DNA of 64,000 nucleotides from Pristiophorus japonicus. Its lineage: Eukaryota. Location of the stretch: NCBI RefSeq assembly GCF_044704955.1, contig NC_091984.1:147126001-147190000 (forward strand), in the 5' to 3' direction. Position numbers and translations under genes: made by a program. This document shows, in pieces, positions 1 through 13,005 of the stretch. Under the pieces are notes generated by a model. That model saw only the letters and a list, made by a program, of their open reading frames with translations, did not search any database and had not been told where the DNA came from. The stretch's first letter is position 1. Every line of letters starts with the position of its first letter.

Positions 1-11
1 ATCCCACCACG

Positions 12-205
12 ATCAGCCCCAACACCAGCAGCACCAGGCACACCAGCAGCACCAGGCACAGCAGCATCACCAGACACACCAGCATCACCAGGCACACCAG
101 CATCACCAGACACACCAGATTCACCCAGCACACCAGCATCACCAGACACACCAGCATCACCAGAGACACCAGCAGCACCAGACACACCAGCATCACCAGA
201 CACAC
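12..205. repeat. Degenerate tandem repeat, about 20-nt unit CACCAGCATCACCAGACAC
   Basis: The unit is visibly reiterated about 9 times. Confidence 0.85.
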
Positions 206-759
206 TAGCCACAACACCAACATTATCCATAATCACCTGATGCTGCACAGGACACGGGACATCAGCACCTGAAGACATTGCTGCCCGGGAGGCCAGGGAT
301 ACCCTCACCGTGGCCACATTTACTTCCCTTCACACTGTGCACCAGGCTGTCACATGATGCACCAGGTTGGCACCACACCACAACAGCACCATACAGTATC
401 CCGACAATGCACAAATCATTCCTTTCACACTCAGCACCATTGCGGGGGTTACCTTTATGTCTCGCTGTTCACTGCAACTCATTAAACCACTTCTACTTCC
501 AAGAAGGCAAAATGTTAAAAATAAAGATTTGGCTAAAAGAGCCAAGTGCCTACCCTTGTGTGCTTAGTTGGTATGATTGGACGAGGTGAGGGTGAGTGTG
601 AGGGGTGGCTGGTGAGAAAGGGATGTGATAATGGAGATAGAGAGAGGGAATGAGTGGAGGTGCAAGCTAAGTTGGTGTGAGTAAGGAAGTGCAAGAGTAG
701 GGAAGGCAGTGTGATGGGGATGTGAAGATTGGCACAGCAGGATGAGGTTGAGTGTGGTT

Positions 760-930
760 TTTCAGTGAGGGCTTGTGATCCACTGAGATCATTGAAAGGT
801 TTGCACCACTGCAGCCAGGTCCTCTGATGACATTCCCGCTTGAGTCCTGTGCATTGTGCAACCAGGCTGCATTGGTCTCCTGTGGAGATCCCTTCCGCCC
901 ATTAGAAGGGAAGAGAACCTTCCTGCGCAG
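760..930 (-). mobile_element. Harbinger-type Myb/SANT-like ORF remnant
   Basis: Minus strand reads RRKVLFPSNGRKGSPQETNAAW...CKPFNDL, the same pattern as 58657-59034. Confidence 0.55.
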
Positions 931-2244
931 TATATTACCCGGTTTTAGCGGCTAAATGTTGCATAAATAAAACATGAATTCACTGCAGAATGGGGGACTG
1001 GAGGGTGATCTGATAGTGTTGTGTAAAATATTAACCATTTCTATCGGGTCGATGCAGAGAAACTATTTCCTCTGGTGTGGGATTAAAGACCTGGTGAAAT
1101 AAAGGTACAATTCGATTTAGGCCTTTGAGGAGCCAGGTCCGGAAGCACTTTTCGACAGGAAGTGTAGTGGGAATGTGGGTATTCCCACCCCAATGGATTT
1201 AGGGCCAAGTGGGGCTTCCAAGGCTGAGATGGAAGATATTTGTTCGATAAGGGTATCATGTGATATGGAGCAAGGAGGGAAAATGGAGCTGGCCTGCAGA
1301 TTGGCCAGGATCTATGTGAATGGGGAGCAGGCCCAAGGAGCCGAATGGCCTGCTCCTGTTCCCAATGTTATTATATCCCGAGTCCTAATATCCTATATTA
1401 CTGAAAGGATCAAAGTGGGCCTGCACAGAATGGATAATAATGGACAATGAAGAGCTGAGCACAAACGTTGGACCCACCGCAGCATCCTGGGGGACGGAGA
1501 TCTCCAGACACATCCTGCTTCACACTTGGCAGAGCTTATTGCAATATTGTCCGGGTCCCTATACCTCGGTTCCCGCCCGTCCGGCGTCTGGTGTCTGTAT
1601 CATCCCCTGAAACATTCAGAGCATTTTAATTCCACTGACATTTCAGATCAGCCATGATCTCATTAAATGGTGGAGCAGGGTCGAGGGGCCCAATGACCTC
1701 CTCCTGTTCCTAATCCTTATCAAACCCAGGTTATTTCAGGGCCTGGGCACATTGTTCTGTCTGAGGTTATTTTATTACTTTATTCCTTTATGTTACTTTA
1801 TTCCTCCTGTTGGTCGAAAGCCCGACCTCTTCCTGTTCTAAGGACACAGATTAGTATTCCAATTGTGAAAGCTCAGTGTGAGATGAACAAGAGCGAGTTC
1901 TCATGGTCGGGGGCGGTATGAAGCCTTGAGAGGTGTCTGAGAATTGGGGGAATGCAATTGGTGCATGGCCAGGTGTGAGCCGGGTCCCAGCACAGAAGGA
2001 AAAGGGAGCTGTTTGTGGTTCACGGGCAGTGCTTGGCTCAGAGCCCGGCTTTCAGTACATCCAGACATGGACATGGGACCATCATATTATTCCAATCTTT
2101 GGGCTGTTTCATTTCATAACACCCAACATCAATTTATAAACACTTCATAACACCTTTCCGTGAAGGGAGATGTCCCGCTGTCCCACTGACTGGAAGTAAT
2201 GTCAATGTTGCTATTTGCTGATCCCACGGGAGGTGTTACTCGAT

Positions 2245-2250
2245 TATAAA
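2245..2250 (+). promoter_or_regulatory. TATA box upstream of GPCR exon 1
   Basis: TATAAA about 90 nt before the ATG at 2336. Confidence 0.5.
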
Positions 2251-2335
2251 TAAGGGCTTTCTCTTAATCTCACATCTGACAGTCAGTTGGAGCCCTGTGT
2301 CCAGAGCCAAGAGTCACCATCACTTCTTTGTCAGA

Positions 2336-2435
2336 ATGAGAGATCTGTTCACCGCCTATCCATTCACCGTGCTACCGACACTGACCCAGACAGGAATGAT
2401 TTACTATCCGATTATAGCATTCCTTGGAATCCCCG
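2336..2435 (+). pseudogene. Exon 1 of GPR139-like class A GPCR, splice donor mutated
   Basis: Encodes MRDLFTAYPFTVLPTLTQTGMIYYPIIAFLGIP plus 1 nt. The phase-1 end completes GCT (Ala) with the exon at 22989. The donor reads GGAAGT instead of GTAAGT. Confidence 0.75.
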
Positions 2436-4009
2436 GGAAGTGACGATATTCCGGGACTAATTGTACGGACCAGGGGTTAACTGCATTACTGCTCCTATCT
2501 CGGTAACTATCCTTTTTCGCTGCGTTTTTCCAAGTCCATTCATAGTCAAAAATTCAGTGAATATATTTCCCGCTCTCCCGTGTTCCTTAACTGAGTGTTT
2601 TATTGACATCGAATGTTACTTTTAAACACTATTTATTTCCTTCATTTACTGACTTTGGGACTGGTGCAATTATAGCTGAGAATCCGCGCAGTTTATAATA
2701 CAATGGGTTTATTCACATTACAACAGACAGCCTCTCCTTCCCCTCCACCTGCTGTAATAGCCGGGAATGTCTGACAATTACTGTACACTCAATATGTTTG
2801 AAATTGGCCCAGATTCTCCCCCTCTCACTCCCGCTCCACACATCCAGAAATAGCCGCTCAACACCCGATTCAAATTCACATTGAAGATCCCGTCAGGTCC
2901 TTACAGTGAGCAGCTCGTGAGAATGGCATTTACCTCTCTGTCCCCACATCCCTCATCACCCCTTCCCCCACACACCTATCCCATCCACTTTTATATGGAC
3001 ATATTTGCTGCTTATACACAAACCCTGGAATTGAATCTCAGCCTCACAACTATTTGTTGGAAAGTTTGTCCTGTTCCTTATTCCAAATGTCTTGTACCTT
3101 TGGTGCCTCCTCCTTGAGCCCCCATCCACTGGGAACAATGTGCTTCTACCTCCCATCTCCCAACCTTTCACAACTTGATGCAGTCCTGTCACCCCGCCCC
3201 ATAATCTGTGTCTGTCTTACATTCTCCTCCCGCACAGTTACAGTTCCGCGTGTCAGAGCCCAGTGTGTGAAAGCGGCCAATGTTAAACCGTTCGGTCCGA
3301 TGGATATGCAACTTCAACAGGAAACTTACATCTCACATTCAGTCAATGAGTTCCCGCCACCGAATGCGACCCAACCTCCCAGGTTTAATGTGAAAGAAAT
3401 GTGAGCAGCTTAAAACTCGGATATTTCGGCTGTTAGATTGTAAAAATCTGCAGTCGATTGAAAGATGTAAGCTCAGAGTGAAGCGAGTTTGACTGCCCCA
3501 CTGACTGTCTCCATTCCCAGGGTCAATGCAGTCCAATAATCCCACTGGAAGATAGGCGCCTGTAATAATAAGGCTTTCTGGAATATATTAAGGCCCAGGG
3601 TCAGTTGTAGCCCTGTGTCCAGCACCAAGGTCACCCTCAATTCTCAGAGACAAACCCAGTTGAATTTATTGCTCTGATCTTGAATGCATTGCCTGAGAGG
3701 TTGGCTCAGCAGATGCAATAATCACTCGCAGAAGAGAATTGGTTATCTACTTGACAAATAAAACTTTCCGGGATGTGGGGAAGGAGCAGCGACTGGGAGG
3801 AATTGGCCAGATCTTTCAGGGAGCAGGCCCGGGTACAATGGTCAAAATGGCCTGCTTCTGTACGGTCCCATTGGCTGATATCCCTGTGACCTGCTCCAGT
3901 TGTAAAGGCTGCTTTCAGTGTCCCCGGGAACTGCTAATTAAATGACTTACTCTGTGAAGCAGGGCTTCACTTTATGACTGCGCTTGCTGCGGGCCCGAGG
4001 GATTGTTCT

Positions 4010-6876
4010 TGTCATGTATCTCACATTACTGTATATAACTGTATCTTACCATGCTATACATGACTGTAACTGGATAAGACCTGTAACAATAAGCATACCT
4101 TACCACCAGGGGTGCACTTGCAGGAGACACTCCATACCTGTCCCACTGAGGTATTTTAAGGGAGGTCTCAGGCAAGTGCAGCACGGGAGAGCTGGAATTA
4201 AAGAGGCAGGTCCTGACTGACTTTGACTTCAGCATGTGTCTTGTGTAAGTCAGTACATTAGAGTCAGGACTTAACAGTGGCGACGAGTTACGGGATCACA
4301 GAATCCACAGAATGGCTACCAACAGCTCAGATGAGAAATACAATGCTGGAGACAATTGGGATGACTTTATAGAAAGGCTCCAGCAAAGCTTTGTGACCAA
4401 AGACTGGCTTGGCGATGATAAGGCAGACAAGAAAAGAGCCCATCTCTTGACCAGCTATGGCTCGAAAACATATGCTTTAATGAAAGACCTGCTGGCACCC
4501 GAGAAACCAGCAAGCAAGTCATTTGAGGAGTTGAGCACACTGGTAAGAGACCATCTGAAGCCAGCGAGCAGCCCACACATGGCCAGACACAGGTTCTACA
4601 ACTACAGATGCTGTGTGGGCCAAAGCATACCCGACTTCGTGGCGGAACTTCAGAGGCTGGCTAGTTCATGTGAGTTCCCCGATGAATTAAGGAGAGAAGT
4701 ACTGACAGACTTTTTTATTAAAGGAATAGGCCACGCAGGCATATTCCGAAAGCTTATAGAGACTAAGAACTTAGTCTTAGCAGGCGAGGAGGAAACGAGG
4801 CTGATCTATACTTCAGGTACGACAACCAACGAGGTATTGGAACAAGGGGTTCACATTGTGAAACAAACCACTACCCCGACACACAGACAAAGGCAGGAAA
4901 GCTGGTCTTCAACAGCAAACAGTGGCACCAGAAGCCATCAAAATCAAGGGCCACATGAACGGCCAGTCACACCTCATCAACCCACAATGCGAGCAATCAA
5001 CAACAGATTGAGAGAAGCTCAAGGGAGATCAGCTAGATGCAGCTCATCCTTTGTAAAACAATGGAAATGGTCTGTGTTGGAGATGTGGGGGAAGGCACTC
5101 AACCAGGGTGTGTCGATTTCAGCATGCCATTTGCAGAAACTGCAACTACACAGGGCATCTGGCTCGCATGTGCAGTAAAACAGCAGCTCGGCTGGTACAC
5201 GAATCAGAAGGGTCGAAAAGCGGACCAGAAGACGGTTGAAACAGTGCACGGGACGCCGAGGTACAGCGGGTTAACTCGATCAATGTCCACTGTTCTTACA
5301 CCAAGACGCCTCCAATTATGATGAGGGTTCTACTCAACGGGATACCCGTCAACATGGAACTGGACAAGGGGGCCAGTCAATCCCTCATGAGCGTTCAACA
5401 ATTTGAACAGCTGTGGCCGCACAAAAGCAACAGACCAAAACTCACAAAGATCGACACCAAACTAAGGACCTATACTAAAGAAATCATCCCAGTCCTTGGA
5501 AGCGCCATGCTCTCAGCCACACACAAAGAGATGGTGAACCGACTTTCCCTGTGGATTGTCCCCGGGGATCTCCCAGCCCTGTTGGGGAGAAGCTGGCTAG
5601 CAGAACTTAATTGGAAATGGGATGATGTTCACGCCATGTCGTCAGAGGAACGGACCTCCTGCTCAACAGTTCTAAGCCGTTTTGAACATCTCTTTCAGCC
5701 AGGTGTGGGCACCTTCAAAGGGGCTAAAGTTAGAAACTACATCACACAGAATGCTAGACCGGTCCATCACAAGGCTAGAACTGTGCCTTATGTGATGAGG
5801 GAAAAGATTGAAAACAAACTGGACCGGCTTCTGCGGGAAGGCATAATTTCTTCCGTGGAATTCAGTGACTGGGCAAGCCCCATCGTCCCCGTCATGAAGC
5901 CTGATGGATCCGTGCGAATCTGTGGGGATTACAAGTCTGCCATAAGCAGAGTCTCCCTACAGAACCAATACCCACTGCCCAGAGTGGAGGACCTATTTGC
6001 CACGTTAGCTGGAGGAAAGCTTTTCTTGAAACTTGACCTCACATCTGCGTATATGACGCAAGAACTGACCGAAGAGTCTAAGCTACTCACCACCATCAAA
6101 ACACATCGAGGCCTTTTTGTGTACAATCAGGTTGGCAGCTGATATATTCCAGCGCAACATGGAGAGAGTCTGCTCAAGTACATTCCGGGGACGGTTGTGT
6201 TTCAAGATAACATACTCATCTCCGCAATCTTGAGGAAGTACTAAGTCGATTTGATCGAGTAGGCCTAAGAGTTAAGAAATCCAAGTGTCTGTTTCTCGCA
6301 CCTGAAGTTGAATTTTTGGGCAGAAGGATTGCCGCTGATGGAATCCGCCCAACCGAATCCAAAACTGAAGCACCCAGGCTCCAGAATGTCTCGGAACTGC
6401 ACGCCTTTCTCAGGCTACTCAATTACTTGGAAACTTTATGCAGAACTTGAGCACGCTGCTGGAGCCTCTCCATGAGCTACTCAGAAAGGGGTGCGATTGG
6501 TTTTGGTGGGACGCCCAAGAACGCGTCTTTAATAAGGCACGCAACCTTCTATGTTCCAAGAGTGTTTTAGACTTTTTCGACCCAGGTAAAAAGTTAATCC
6601 TTATGTGTGATGCGTCAGCGTACTAGGTCGCGTGCATTTTACAGCACGTCAATGATGCGGGTAAATTGCAGCCCGTTGCTTATGCCTCCAGGTCACTTTC
6701 GCGGGCGGAGCATGGGTACGGTATGGTTGAGAAGGAGGCACTCGCTTGTGTGTACGGTGTCAAAAAGATGCACCAATACCTTTTCGGGGCCAAATTTGTG
6801 TTAGAAATCGACCACAAACCCCTCACGTCCCTACTATCCGAGTGCAAGGCAATCAACGCTAATGCCTTGGCGCGCT
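4010..6876 (+). mobile_element. Ty3/Gypsy LTR retrotransposon, 3'-truncated (5' LTR 4010-4276, PBS, gag, protease-RT-RNase H)
   Basis: TG...CA LTR, then TGGCGACGAG PBS at 4278-4287. Gag ORF 4312-5178. Protease LDKG and RT WASPIVPV..RICGDYK in 5318-6142. RNase H PVAYASRSL..EKEALA 6666-6878, with frameshifts. Confidence 0.92.
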
Positions 6877-6962
6877 GAACTTTTGCTGCCGGACCGGACA
6901 CATTGGTCCCGGCTCCGACCCTTTCATTTCTGGCTCACCCTTCTCTCCCTGCTGCCAAACCG

Positions 6963-8520
6963 AGTTAGATTTAGGGTAGTTATGGAAAAGGACAAAGATA
7001 GAGCAGGAATACAAGTTCTCAATTGGGGAAAAGTCAATTTTGCTGAGCTGAAATGAGATTGGGCGAAAGTGGACTGGAAACGGCTACTTGAAGGTAAATC
7101 AGTGTCAGAGCAGTGGGAGGCATTCAACGGGGAAATCCTGTGGTTTCAGAGTAAGTCTGTTCCCTTAAAGAAAAAGGGTGGAACTAACAAATCTAGAGGC
7201 CCTGGATGTCAAGGGAAATACAGTGTAGGATAAAGTAAAAAAGGGAGGCTTATGACAGATACCAAGGGCTCAATACTGCAGGAACTTTAGAGGGTATAGA
7301 AAGTGCAGGGGTGCAATTAAAAAGGAAATTAGGAAAGCAAAGAGAGAGCATGAAAACATTTTGGCAAGTAAAATCAAGGAAAACCCAAAGATGTTTTATA
7401 AATATATTAAGAGCAAGAGGATAATTAAAGAAAGAGTAGGGTCTATTCGAGACCATAAAGGTAATCTGTGTGTGGAGGCATAAGACATGGGTATGGTTCG
7501 CAATGAATACTTTGCGTCTGTTTTCACAAAAGAGAGGGGCGATGCAGACATTGCAATCAGGGAGGAGAAGTGTGAAATATTAGATGAAATAAACATAGTG
7601 AGAGAAGAAGTATTAAGGGGCTTAGCAGCTTTGAAAGTGGATAAATGCCCAGGCCTGGATAAAATGTATCCCAGGCTGTTAAGAGAATCAAAAGAGGAAA
7701 CAGCAGAGGCTCTGACCAACATTTTCCAATCCCCTTGGCTACAGGTGTGGTGCCAGAGAACTGGAGGATTGCTAATGTTGTACCTTTGTTTAAAAAGGGA
7801 AAAAGGGATAGACCGAGTAATTACAGGCATGTCAGCCTAACCTCGGTGGTGGGAAAATTATTGGAAAAAATCCTAAGAGAGAGGAAAAATCTTCATTGAG
7901 AAAAACGCAGATTAATCAAGAGATTGCTAAGGGAAGATTGTGTCTGACTAACTTAAGTGAATTCATCGAGGAAGTAATAAGGAGGGTCGATGAGGGCACT
8001 GCATATGATGTAGTGTATATGGCTTTCTGCAAGACTTTTAATAAGGTGCCACAAAACAGACTGGTCACAAAACTAAAAGCCCATGGGATCCAGGCCAAAG
8101 TGGCAAGTTGGATCCAAAATTGGCTCAGAGGCAGGAAGCAAAGGGTAATGGTTGATGGGTGTTTTTGTAACTGGAAGACTGTATCCAGTGGGATTCTGCA
8201 GGGCTCAGTTCTAGGTCCCTTGCTTTTTTTGGCTTATAGGGGGTATGATTAACAAATTTGCAGATGATATTAAAATTGGCCGTGTGGCTGATAATGAAGA
8301 AGAAAGCTGTAGATGGCAGGAAGATATCAATGAAATGGTCAAGTGGGCAGAACAGTGGCAAATGAAATTTAATCCAGAGAAGTGTGAGGTAATGCATATG
8401 GGGACGGCTAACAAGGCATGGGAATACACATTAAATGTTAGGATACTGAGAGGTGCAGAGGAACAAAAGGACCTTGGTATGCATGTCCACAGATCACTGA
8501 AGGTAGCAGGCCAGGTAGAT
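6963..8520 (+). mobile_element. CR1-type LINE ORF2 fragment
   Basis: NEYFASVFT, KCPGLDKMYPRLL and KFADD RT motifs, with stops and frameshifts. Confidence 0.9.
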
Positions 8521-8959
8521 GGGTTTTTACGACAATCCAGCAGTTTCATGGTCACCATGACTGACACTAGCTTTTTTTCCCAGATTTATTTATTTAACTG
8601 AATTTAAATTCCCCAGCTACCATGGTGGGATTTGAACTCATGTTTCTGTATCATTAGTCCAGGCCATAGTAGTCCATAGCTCTTTCAAAGAACCAGCACA
8701 GGTTTGATGGGCTGATTGGCCTTCCTCTGTGCTGTGAGTTGCTGTGATTAAGAAGCGGTGCTCCAACTAACGTAGGCAATGTGGGTTCAAGGGTTGAAAG
8801 CAGGGGTTTGGGTGGAGTCCATATAGATGTACCACAAGGGGGCGCTACAGCATCGATTGATCCAATTATTGGCAGCGGGGAAACCGGGGACGGAAATATC
8901 TTCAATAAAATATGTGCTGTGATTTTTAAAGTGGTCAACACCACAAGCACGATCATAGA

Positions 8960-9725
8960 ATCACAGAAAATTACAGCATGGAATGAGGCCATTTCGGCCC
9001 ATCATGTCTGCGCCGGCCAACAAAGAGCTACCCAGCCTAATCCCACTTTCCAGCTCTGGGTCCGTAGCCCTGTGGGTTACGGCACTTTAAGGGCACATCC
9101 AAGTACTTTTTAAATGTGGTGAGGGTTTCTGCCTCTACCACCCTTCCAGACCCCCACCACCCTCTGGGTGAAGAATTGTTTCCTCATCTCCCCTCTAAAT
9201 CTTCCACCAATTACTTTAAATCTATGCCCTGGTTATTGACCACTCTGCTAAGGGAAATGGGTCCATTCTATCCACTCTATCCAGGTCCCTCATCATTTTA
9301 TACACCTCAATAAGGTCTACCTTCAGCCTCGTTTGCTCCAAGGAAAACACCCCCAGCAGATCCAATCTTTCCTCATAACTAAATTTCTCCAGTCCTGGCA
9401 ACATCCTCGTGAATCTCCTCTCTACCCTCTCTCGTGTTATCACATCTTTCCTGTAATGTGTTGACCAGAACTGCACGCAGTACTTTAGCTGTGGCCTAAC
9501 TAGTGTTTTATACAGTTCAAGGATAATCTCCCTGATCTTGTATTCTATGCCTCGGCTAATAAAGGCAAGTATTGTGTATGCCTTTTTAACCACCTTATCG
9601 ACCTGGCCTGCTCCCTTCAGGGATCTGTGGACATGCACTCCAAGGTCCCTCCATTCCTCCACCCCTCTCAGTACCCTCCCATTTATTGTGTATTTTCTTG
9701 CCTTGTTTCCCCTCCCCAAATGCAT
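8960..9725 (-). mobile_element. CR1 LINE 3' fragment
   Basis: ORF 9222-9827 contains LYKTLVRPQLKYCVQFWS and DLIEVYKMM. Confidence 0.9.
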
Positions 9726-10128
9726 TAGAACAAGGCTGCAGTTAGAGCAGCCTTTCCACCCACTGACAGTGCTCACTGAGTCTGACTCATGGCATCGATC
9801 AGCTGGACATTGATCTGGAAACACCATCTCCCTGGTGAGGGAATCAAGGGTCTGATGCGACTGATAAAAGTCAAGATGAGGTTGCGGAGATGTGCACAGC
9901 TGCTGTTGGACACAATGAACAGGAGGAGGCCATTCAGCCCCTCGAGCCTATTCCCCCATTCAATCCGATCACAGCTCATCTGTATGTGAACTCCATCTAC
10001 CTGTCTTGTTCCACAAGTTCCAAGGCCTATTCTATAGAGTTTAGAAGAATGAGAAGGGATCTCATTGAAACATACACAATTCTGACAGGACTTGACTGGG
10101 TAGATGCAGGGAGTCGAGAACCAGGAAA

Positions 10129-10470
10129 AAGGAGGGAGGGGAGGAGAGGAGGAGAGGGGCGAGGGGAGGGGGAGGGGGGTTGGAGAGGGATGGGAGGGGA
10201 AAGAGGCTTGAGGAAAGGGGAGGAAGGAGGGAGTGCGAGGGATGGGGAGTGGGGGAAGGAGGGATTGGGAGGGGAGGAGTGGTGGAGGAGAGGCACGTGA
10301 GGGTGATGGGGGGAGAAGGGGGAGGGAGAGGGAGTGTGGAGGGAAAGGAATGGGAGGGAAGGGAGAAGTGAGGAATGGGGGAGATGGGGGGGAGGGAGGT
10401 ATTGAGAGGGGGCGACTGGCTCAGGCAGGGAGCCTACTGCGGGAAACGGAGGGATGGAGGGGGGAAGACA
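10129..10470. repeat. G/A-rich low-complexity tract
   Basis: Purine-rich GGA/GGG runs. Confidence 0.8.
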
Positions 10471-11880
10471 GAAAGCAGAAAGCAAACTATCGACCAGTTA
10501 GCCTAACATCTGTCGTTGGGAAAATGCTGGAGTCCATTATTAAGGAAGCAGTAGCAGGACATTTGGAAAAGCATATTTCAATCAAGCAAGTCAGCATGGT
10601 TTTATGAATGGGAAATCACGTTTGAAAAATTTGCTGGAGATCTTTGAGGATGTAATGAGCAGGGTGGATAAGGGGAACCAGTGGAGTGGTGTATTTGGAT
10701 TTCCAGAAGGCATTCAATAAGGTACCACATAAAAGGCACAAGATAAAAGTTCATGGGGTTGGGGGTAATATATTAGCATGGATAGAGGATTGGCTAACTA
10801 ACAGAAAACAGAGAGTCGGGATAAATGGGTCATTTTCCGGTTGGCAAACAATAACTAGTGGGGTGCCGCAAGAATCGGTGCTGTGGCCTCAATTATTTAC
10901 AATCTAGATTAATGATTAGATGAAGGGACCGAGTGTAACGCAGTCAAGTTTTCTGATGATACGAAGATGGGTGGAAAAGCAAATTGTGAGGTGGATACAA
11001 AAAATCTGCAAAGGGATATAGAAAGGCTAAGTGAGCGAGGAAAAATGTGGCAGATGGAGTAGAAGGCAGGAAAATCTGAGGTTATCCACTTTGGCAGAAA
11101 GAGTAGAAAAGCAAATTAATTTTTAAATGGAAACAAATTGCAAAGTGCTGCAGTACAGAGGGACCTGGGGGTCCTTGTGCATGAAACACAAAAAGTTAGT
11201 ATGCAGGTACAGCAAGTAATCAGGAAGGCAAATGGAATGTTGGCCTTTATTGCAAGGGGGATAGAGTATAAAAGCAGAGAAGTCCTGCTACAACTGTACA
11301 GGGTATTGGTGAGACCACACCTAGAGTACTGCGTACAAGTTTGATCTCCATCTTTCAGGTAGGATGTATTTGCATTGGAGGCAGTTCAGAGAAGGTTCAC
11401 TCGGTTGATTCCGGAGCTGAGGAGGTTGACTTATGAAGATTGGTTGAGCAGGTTGGGCCGATACACATTGGAGTTCAGAAGAATGAGAGGTGATCTTATT
11501 GGAACTTATAAGATAATCAGGGGGTTCGACAAGGTGGATGCAGTGAAGATATTTCCACTCATAGGGAAAACCAAAACTAGAGGACGTAGTCTCAGAATAA
11601 GGGGTGCCTATTTAAAATTGAGATGAGGAGGAATTTCGTCTCTCAGAGGGATGTAAATCTGTGGAATTCTCTGCCCCAGAGAGATGTGGTGGCTGGGTCA
11701 TTGAATATATTTAAGGCAGAGATAGACAGATTTTTGAGCGATAAAGGAGTGAAAGGTTATGGGGAGCGGGCAGGGAAGTGGAGCTGAGTCCATGATCAGA
11801 TCATCCATGATCTTATTAAATGGCGGACCAGGCTCGAGGGGCCAAATGGCCTCCTCCTGCTCCTATTTCTTATGTTCTTA
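10463..11880 (+). mobile_element. CR1 LINE RT and 3' end
   Basis: YLDFQKAFNKV, SGVPQ, RPHLEYCVQ and MRGDLI motifs, with a TTCTTATG tail. Confidence 0.9.
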
Positions 11881-12812
11881 ACACGCACCTACAGACAGTG
11901 CTGGGTAAAAGTCTCACACACATACACAGACACACACACACACCAACAGACAGTGCTGGGTAACAGTCACACACACACACACACACACCCCGACAGGCGG
12001 TGCTGGGTAAGCCACACTAACACTCAGGGACATGTACACGGTGATACACCGACTGCTCCTCTCCCGAAGCTGAGGCCTCACTTGGTACAGTTTTGTGCTG
12101 CTGCCACGAGCCACACGTTAAGGAGAGAGAATTCAACGTTGTGACTGTGGCGTCCTGCCCCCAGATTCCCCCCAGCAATCAGCACAGAGTGCACAGTGCG
12201 ATCCCCCAATCGGGGACTGCCCCAACACCCGCAGTGTGCAGTGTGAGAGCCAATGCTCAAACTGGGTGGGTTTAATCTCAGCAGCTTTTAGTGTCTCTGA
12301 GTTTAATCTTGTGCACTCCAGGGGTTCGAGGTAAAACTGATCGTTTTAAAATGATTGATAATTGGCTTTGAATCAAATCTCCTGCTGACCTGCCATTGAT
12401 TGACAGCCCACCCAGCCAATCAGGACAGACACTTACTGAAATGCAGCCAATCCAGCTGAGGGAGAAGTGGGACATTTCCAAAGCACTCGCCAGACACAGA
12501 TTGAATATACTTCACGTTTATTGCCTTTTACAGATTCACATTTACAGAAACAAGACTTGAATAAACAGCCCAGCGAGAGCGAGCTGGAGACATTCACAGG
12601 GAGAATGCAGCTTTATTAAAACAGTTGTGGGGATTTTGTCCACACCGTGAGAATCCTGTCCCTTTAAACGGGGACAAAACCTTGAATTGTAGCAGCAGGG
12701 TGAGCAGGGAAGGGGTCTGCTTACTGAAGCGGCACTTCGCAATTTAACATTAGTTTTACTCTGCTGACAGTCTTCAGCATCTTCGAGAGGTTTTACTTGG
12801 CAGCACGAGTCA

Positions 12813-13005
12813 ACACTGTCCCAGCAAACCCTCCCAGGGCAGGTACAGCACGGGTTAGATTCAGAGTAAAACTCCCTCTACACTGTCCCATCAAACCTTC
12901 CCAGGGCAGGTACAGCACGGGTTAGATTCAGAGTAAAGCTCCCTCGACACTGTCCCATCAAACCCTCCCAGGGCAGGTACAGCACGGGTTAGATACAGAG
13001 TAAAG
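12813..13005. repeat. Three copies of an approximately 66-bp satellite (ACACTGTCCCATCAAACCCTCCCAGGGCAGGTACAGCACGGGTTAGAT...)
   Basis: Direct tandem copies. The paralogous site at 47418-47490 has about one copy. Confidence 0.85.

Larger units (their letters stand above)
6963..13005 (+). repeat. Segmental duplication of about 41830-47480 (3' flank and 3' UTR of the Ig C exon), lacking the C exon
   Basis: Shared TE junctions and unique sequence: 8521 vs 43408, ORF 8781 vs 43667, 9721 vs 44598, and near-identical 11990-13005 vs 46620-47475. Confidence 0.9.

Noticed and set aside
3222-3404. Acceptor-like site followed by VTVPRVRAQCVK, similar to ISIPIVKAQCE near 1850
   Set aside because: Too short, and no recognisable V-domain or other motifs follow.
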